Shown here: positions 36,172-40,000 of the stretch, piece by piece
Position numbering within the stretch: position 1 is the stretch's first letter
How the letters are laid out: the number at the start of each line of letters is the position of its first letter
From: Vibrio phage USC-1
Strand: one strand, 5' to 3'
Sequence record: MK905543.1
Length of the DNA: 40,000 nt
The notes under the pieces: generated by a model
What the model saw: only the letters and a program-made list of their open reading frames with translations
The model's database searches: none
What the model was told of the DNA's origin: nothing
Translations under genes and position numbers: made by a program

Positions 36172-36189
36172 GTTGATAATATAGATTTG
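36172..36189 (-). promoter_or_regulatory. Class-1 promoter-like motif (minus: CAAATCTATATTATCAAC)
   Basis: Shared TATATTAT core, 37 nt upstream of the start at 36135. Confidence 0.6.
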
Positions 36190-36247
36190 AATAAAAATAA
36201 AAGCGAAGTTAGTGGTGGAACCGAAGCCCCACCACTAATATGTTAAG

Positions 36248-36841
36248 TTATTCTGGTACCGCGTAAATGGTTTCTCGAACCCCACCCAAGAGTTCCACTT
36301 CAACCTTCACTTTACTGCTTCCTTCCAACCACTTCCAGTCAGTAGTGTGTCGGAGAGTCAGATGAGGGAGTTCGTCCAAAATCCCACCGTTGTGGTTAAT
36401 CGTGGTCACTCCAAAGAGACGACTAAACCAACTAGGGATGTCAATACGCAAATCTTTACTAGCCCAATCCAAAGCAAATCGCATCATGAGGCTTTTATTA
36501 GTGGAATAAGCAGAGTCACCCAAAAAGGCATTAAGTCTTACCCCGACGTCATTCATTACCCTATGGTTGACTAGGTTTTTACCTTTACCAAGCGTAATGG
36601 TGAACCCACGGGTTTCTTGGGGATAAGGGACGTTCTCAAAATCCATGAAATAACGAAGACGTTCATCACGTCGCATGGTTACTCGTAACCCATTACGAAA
36701 TCTAACAATCGTTACCCCGACACCTTGTTGACGAATGATCTCACGATGACCGGCATGTACGATGGTATCGAAATTATCGTAAATAACACGAAGCAATATA
36801 AATTGCAGTGTTTTTACTATTTCTGAAAAGACAAATGACAT
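36248..36841 (-). CDS. Hypothetical protein (197 aa)
   Basis: Long ORF with AAGGAG RBS. Confidence 0.7.
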   Translation of the reverse strand: MSFVFSEIVKTLQFILLRVIYDNFDTIVHAGHREIIRQQGVGVTIVRFRNGLRVTMRRDERLRYFMDFENVPYPQETRGFTITLGKGKNLVNHRVMNDVGVRLNAFLGDSAYSTNKSLMMRFALDWASKDLRIDIPSWFSRLFGVTTINHNGGILDELPHLTLRHTTDWKWLEGSSKVKVEVELLGGVRETIYAVPE

Positions 36842-36954
36842 TGTCAGTACTCCTTTTAATTATTGGAAACCTAACATTAAATGAGGGGTCCAGTAAATGA
36901 ATCCCTACATTAAATACTCTTGTCCTATTCTATAGCAAGTAGGCTCTTTTACGA

Positions 36955-37050
36955 ATGACGCTTTGGTTGGTGATCGTCGGTGGTCTTTTCGACCGGGAAA
37001 TGCTTGCGTTGGGTTTCAATATCTTTGGGTTGATATTTAAGGTTCGGTAG
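36955..37050 (+). CDS. Candidate 31-aa hydrophobic leader peptide (MTLWLVIVGGLFDREMLALGFNIFGLIFKVR)
   Basis: Manual translation. Stop codon overlaps the 5' arm of a terminator-like hairpin. No strong RBS. Confidence 0.3.
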   Translation: MTLWLVIVGGLFDREMLALGFNIFGLIFKVR

Positions 37051-37078
37051 GGGACGTTTCCCCTACCCCTTATTTTTG
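37046..37078 (+). terminator. Intrinsic terminator/attenuator upstream of the rightward genes
   Basis: ggtagggga-cgtt-tcccctacc followed by ccttatttttgct. Confidence 0.6.
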
Positions 37079-37130
37079 CTTTTGGAATTTTATTGAACCG
37101 TAACCGACCTCTTAACTTAAGGTGATAATT

Positions 37131-37976
37131 ATGAACTGCGTAGATTATGCGATCAACGAAGTAATAGAAGGCGGGGACATCTCGAGCTACGTTCTGGAGT
37201 TAGCATTCGCTGACCCTAACCAGAACGTTGTGGATAACTGGTTAGCAGATCCGCTTAACTACAGCGTTGAGCAAGGTCTGCGTGAGCGAGTCATCCACGG
37301 GATTGTTCTCAAACAATGTAACGTCCAAGGTGGTGTTACCGAATTACTTGATTTAACTGGGTCTAGCATCATTCAGTTAGGCCAAGGTAAAATCCAAGTC
37401 CAAGTACCAGACTTTGTAACTGGCGGTCGTAAGATCGTCTCCGTGGCTGAAGTATACCAAGGTTCTATTGGTGCTTCCAGTGGTGCGTTGTCTATGGCTG
37501 CGCAAAACGTAGGTTGTGGGGAAGGTACTTTGAACGATATGACCGCTGGTATGTTGAACGGTCTTCGTTCTAACCGTGCGATCCCTCAAACGTTTACTAA
37601 TATCCAAGTGATCGGAAATAACACATTCATCATCAGTAATTGTCCGTCCGGGATATTCTCCATGACTGCTCGTTTGGTCTTAGAGTCTGATGATGCATTG
37701 TCTCATATCAACCCTCGAGCTTATCCGTACTTTGCTGAACTATGTCAACTAGCAACCAAAGCACACATCTACAAAAACGTTCGCAACAAAATCAATGAAG
37801 GTGTGGTTCGTGGCGGTGTTAACGTGGACTCTATCCGTGATGAGGTTTATAGTTACTCTGACTCATGGAAAGAATACAAAGAGTATTTCGAAGAAAAATG
37901 GTTGAAATACATGAGTTACTCTGATACCCAACGTAAAGCGGAAATGATCCGCAAAACAGTTCCGGGGAGAATGTAA
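37131..37976 (+). CDS. Phage protein (281 aa), probably virion-associated
   Basis: AAGGTG RBS before ATG 37131. TAATG junction with next gene. Confidence 0.7.
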   Translation: MNCVDYAINEVIEGGDISSYVLELAFADPNQNVVDNWLADPLNYSVEQGLRERVIHGIVLKQCNVQGGVTELLDLTGSSIIQLGQGKIQVQVPDFVTGGRKIVSVAEVYQGSIGASSGALSMAAQNVGCGEGTLNDMTAGMLNGLRSNRAIPQTFTNIQVIGNNTFIISNCPSGIFSMTARLVLESDDALSHINPRAYPYFAELCQLATKAHIYKNVRNKINEGVVRGGVNVDSIRDEVYSYSDSWKEYKEYFEEKWLKYMSYSDTQRKAEMIRKTVPGRM

Positions 37977-39346
37977 TGTTAATGGAACACGATGTGTTTG
38001 GTGGGGAAGGTTTCTACGAACCCACCGTTTCATTTTTCAACAACGACTCGTACGTAGGTCAAGACGAGTATTTAGTTGATGGGATGGAATCCCTCATCCC
38101 CAACTTTAATTACAAACGTGACAACGCTATTTTAGAAGTTTGTGAAAACTTTGGTCGAGATCTAATCATCGACACCAAATGGTTCCAGCGCTTAAAGCGT
38201 TACATGTTTAGTTTCACTACTCGTAAAGTGGGGGTGACCGACTACGGTGACTTCTTTGGTTCTCCTTATCTGGGTTTGCAAAAGATCACATTCACTACCG
38301 CAGACCGTAACGAATGGTTTACGGACATTTGGGACGTGGATGAAGAAGAACTTAAAGAAAACCTCCATGAGTGTAAGTGGGTAAACAAAGATTGGGCGGT
38401 AACCGGTGATGTGTTTAACCTCACGATACCTTATTTGTTATGGAAGATTCAGTTCTCCAAACAACTCCCAAGTGGATTAAAGCGCGAAGCACAAATCATG
38501 GTATTGTTCATGTATCATTGTAAGTGCATTACTTCGATGATCCACAATGACTACCCCTACTTGGCTAAACCTGAAATCGTTTACGAGACTTACAACCGCT
38601 TAAGTCTTAAATACGACATCAAGAAATACGAAAGCTGGCGTGCGTTATTCATCGCTCGTGCAGAATTCATTTTGAGTCCAACCACCGGGATCCACTACCG
38701 TACCTTCATGAACATGAATGACGATAAGAAAATCATCTACATGGTGGGGGATATTCAAGACCGTCTACGTGGTCTAGTGAACGATATTAACAAAGTGTTC
38801 CACGACGTAAAGAACCGTACTAACATCATGCAGCTTGACAAAGCCCAAGTTAACATGGAAGAAGGTATGACCGTCAAAGAGATCACTAAGCAAGTTAACG
38901 TTTACAAAAACTACGCCAAGACGATCTTAACGGCTCCGACTGGTTTCTATCGTGAGAGTTTCGCCGACATCATCACGAAGAAAATAGACAGTGCGCCAAA
39001 AGATAAACTCGAACGTATCTTGAAAGAGTTTCCGGGTAACTACCAGTCGAAGTCTAAACGTGGTGAGTTCTATCGAGAATTCGTGGATGAGGTGTTAACC
39101 CATCTGTTTGAGTATTTAAACTCTAACCGAATCCGACAAACAAACTTACGTGAAGTGATTTCTCGTATGGCGGGAACCTATGCGTCCCCTCGTAACCAAA
39201 ATGCGAGCGTGCTCAAAATCCGTTCTATGGGGGATGACATCGTTCAGGACTTGACCGGTATTCGTACCCGTTCAACTTACTCGGCGTTACGCACTGCCTT
39301 AATGTTGTATATTGTGCTGCGCGTGCTGGCAAAAGATAACGTATAA
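37976..39346 (+). CDS. Phage protein (456 aa), probably virion-associated
   Basis: Long ORF translationally coupled to the previous one. No diagnostic motif. Confidence 0.75.
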   Translation: MLMEHDVFGGEGFYEPTVSFFNNDSYVGQDEYLVDGMESLIPNFNYKRDNAILEVCENFGRDLIIDTKWFQRLKRYMFSFTTRKVGVTDYGDFFGSPYLGLQKITFTTADRNEWFTDIWDVDEEELKENLHECKWVNKDWAVTGDVFNLTIPYLLWKIQFSKQLPSGLKREAQIMVLFMYHCKCITSMIHNDYPYLAKPEIVYETYNRLSLKYDIKKYESWRALFIARAEFILSPTTGIHYRTFMNMNDDKKIIYMVGDIQDRLRGLVNDINKVFHDVKNRTNIMQLDKAQVNMEEGMTVKEITKQVNVYKNYAKTILTAPTGFYRESFADIITKKIDSAPKDKLERILKEFPGNYQSKSKRGEFYREFVDEVLTHLFEYLNSNRIRQTNLREVISRMAGTYASPRNQNASVLKIRSMGDDIVQDLTGIRTRSTYSALRTALMLYIVLRVLAKDNV

Positions 39347-39353
39347 TCAAACT

Positions 39354-39383
39354 ACTATGGTGAACCTATAGGTTCACCATAGT
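39354..39383 (+). terminator. Terminator hairpin
   Basis: actatggtgaacc-tata-ggttcaccatagt, perfect 13-bp stem followed by tttatat. Confidence 0.85.
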
Positions 39384-39404
39384 TTTATATAAAGGAAAGA
39401 AGTT

Positions 39405-40000
39405 TTGAAAAAAGTAATTGCGTTCGAAGGCTTGGATTATTCTGGTAAGTCCACCCTTATTCAAGAAATAACAAACAAGATGTTGAAGGATGGTCTGAAA
39501 GCCCCTGTCGTGTTTGCAGAACCTCGTAAAGATTCTGAGGAATGGCGAGCTTTACGTAAAATGATTATCTCACCTAACATTCCTAAGGTAGCTCAAATTC
39601 ATTGTAGTGTCGGTCAACGTGTTGCTCTTTATCAAGAATGTGTTATCCCAGCGCTTAAAGCCGGAGAACAAGTAATCACCGATCGTTGTCTATTAACATC
39701 GATGGTTTACCAACAAGACGCAGATCATGATGCTTGTGCTATTTTGTTGAGTAACTTACAAGGTGGTCGTTTCCTAGAGAGAAACGTGGTCCCGGATGTT
39801 ATTGTTTACCTGCAAACTGACCACGCCACTTACTTAGAACGCCTAGGTAAAGATCGTCCAGAAACTGAGTACGTAGAAAGTTACATTAGTAAACCGGAAA
39901 ACTTCGAACGTTTCCAAAAAGAATACAAGAAAGCAATAAGAACATTATCTTTATCATCTGGCGTTAAAGTGATCACTTCTAACGATCCGGATTTCGTCTA
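39405..40000 (+). CDS. tmk: Thymidylate kinase (partial, continues beyond the window, TTG start)
   Basis: Manual translation LKKVIAFEGLDYSGKSTLIQEITNKM (P-loop), ITDRCLLTSMVYQ, ERLGKDRPETEYVE. AAAGGAAAG RBS. Confidence 0.87.
   Translation, partial: MKKVIAFEGLDYSGKSTLIQEITNKMLKDGLKAPVVFAEPRKDSEEWRALRKMIISPNIPKVAQIHCSVGQRVALYQECVIPALKAGEQVITDRCLLTSMVYQQDADHDACAILLSNLQGGRFLERNVVPDVIVYLQTDHATYLERLGKDRPETEYVESYISKPENFERFQKEYKKAIRTLSLSSGVKVITSNDPDFV

Overview
The window looks like part of a phiKZ-like (nucleus-forming type) jumbo phage genome, probably from a Vibrio-type or related marine host (host is inference). Support: (i) split multisubunit RNA polymerase genes (a beta C-terminal half running off the left edge and a beta' N-terminal half at 13.0-16.0 kb), (ii) a PhuZ/TubZ-like tubulin, (iii) a minimal family-B DNA polymerase, (iv) an SbcD-like phosphoesterase, (v) an SSB-like protein, (vi) a thymidylate kinase at the right edge. 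Most genes are on the minus strand.

Most notable observations:
1. A complete group I intron with an HNH ORF interrupts the beta' catalytic motif exactly at NADFDG|DQM. P1/IGS and the P, Q, R and S core elements can all be read directly.
2. Three overlapping genes together encode about seven AraC/XylS-type DNA-binding domains with no ligand domain.
3. A roughly 430-nt highly structured, apparently non-coding element with its own terminator lies between these regulators and the tubulin gene.
4. A run of divergent small genes at 31-34.3 kb looks paralogous.
5. Two families of repeated promoter-like motifs sit in intergenic gaps.
6. A 688-aa protein directly upstream of beta'N is a candidate chimallin or major virion protein.

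All homology calls are from motif reading only. No searches were run.
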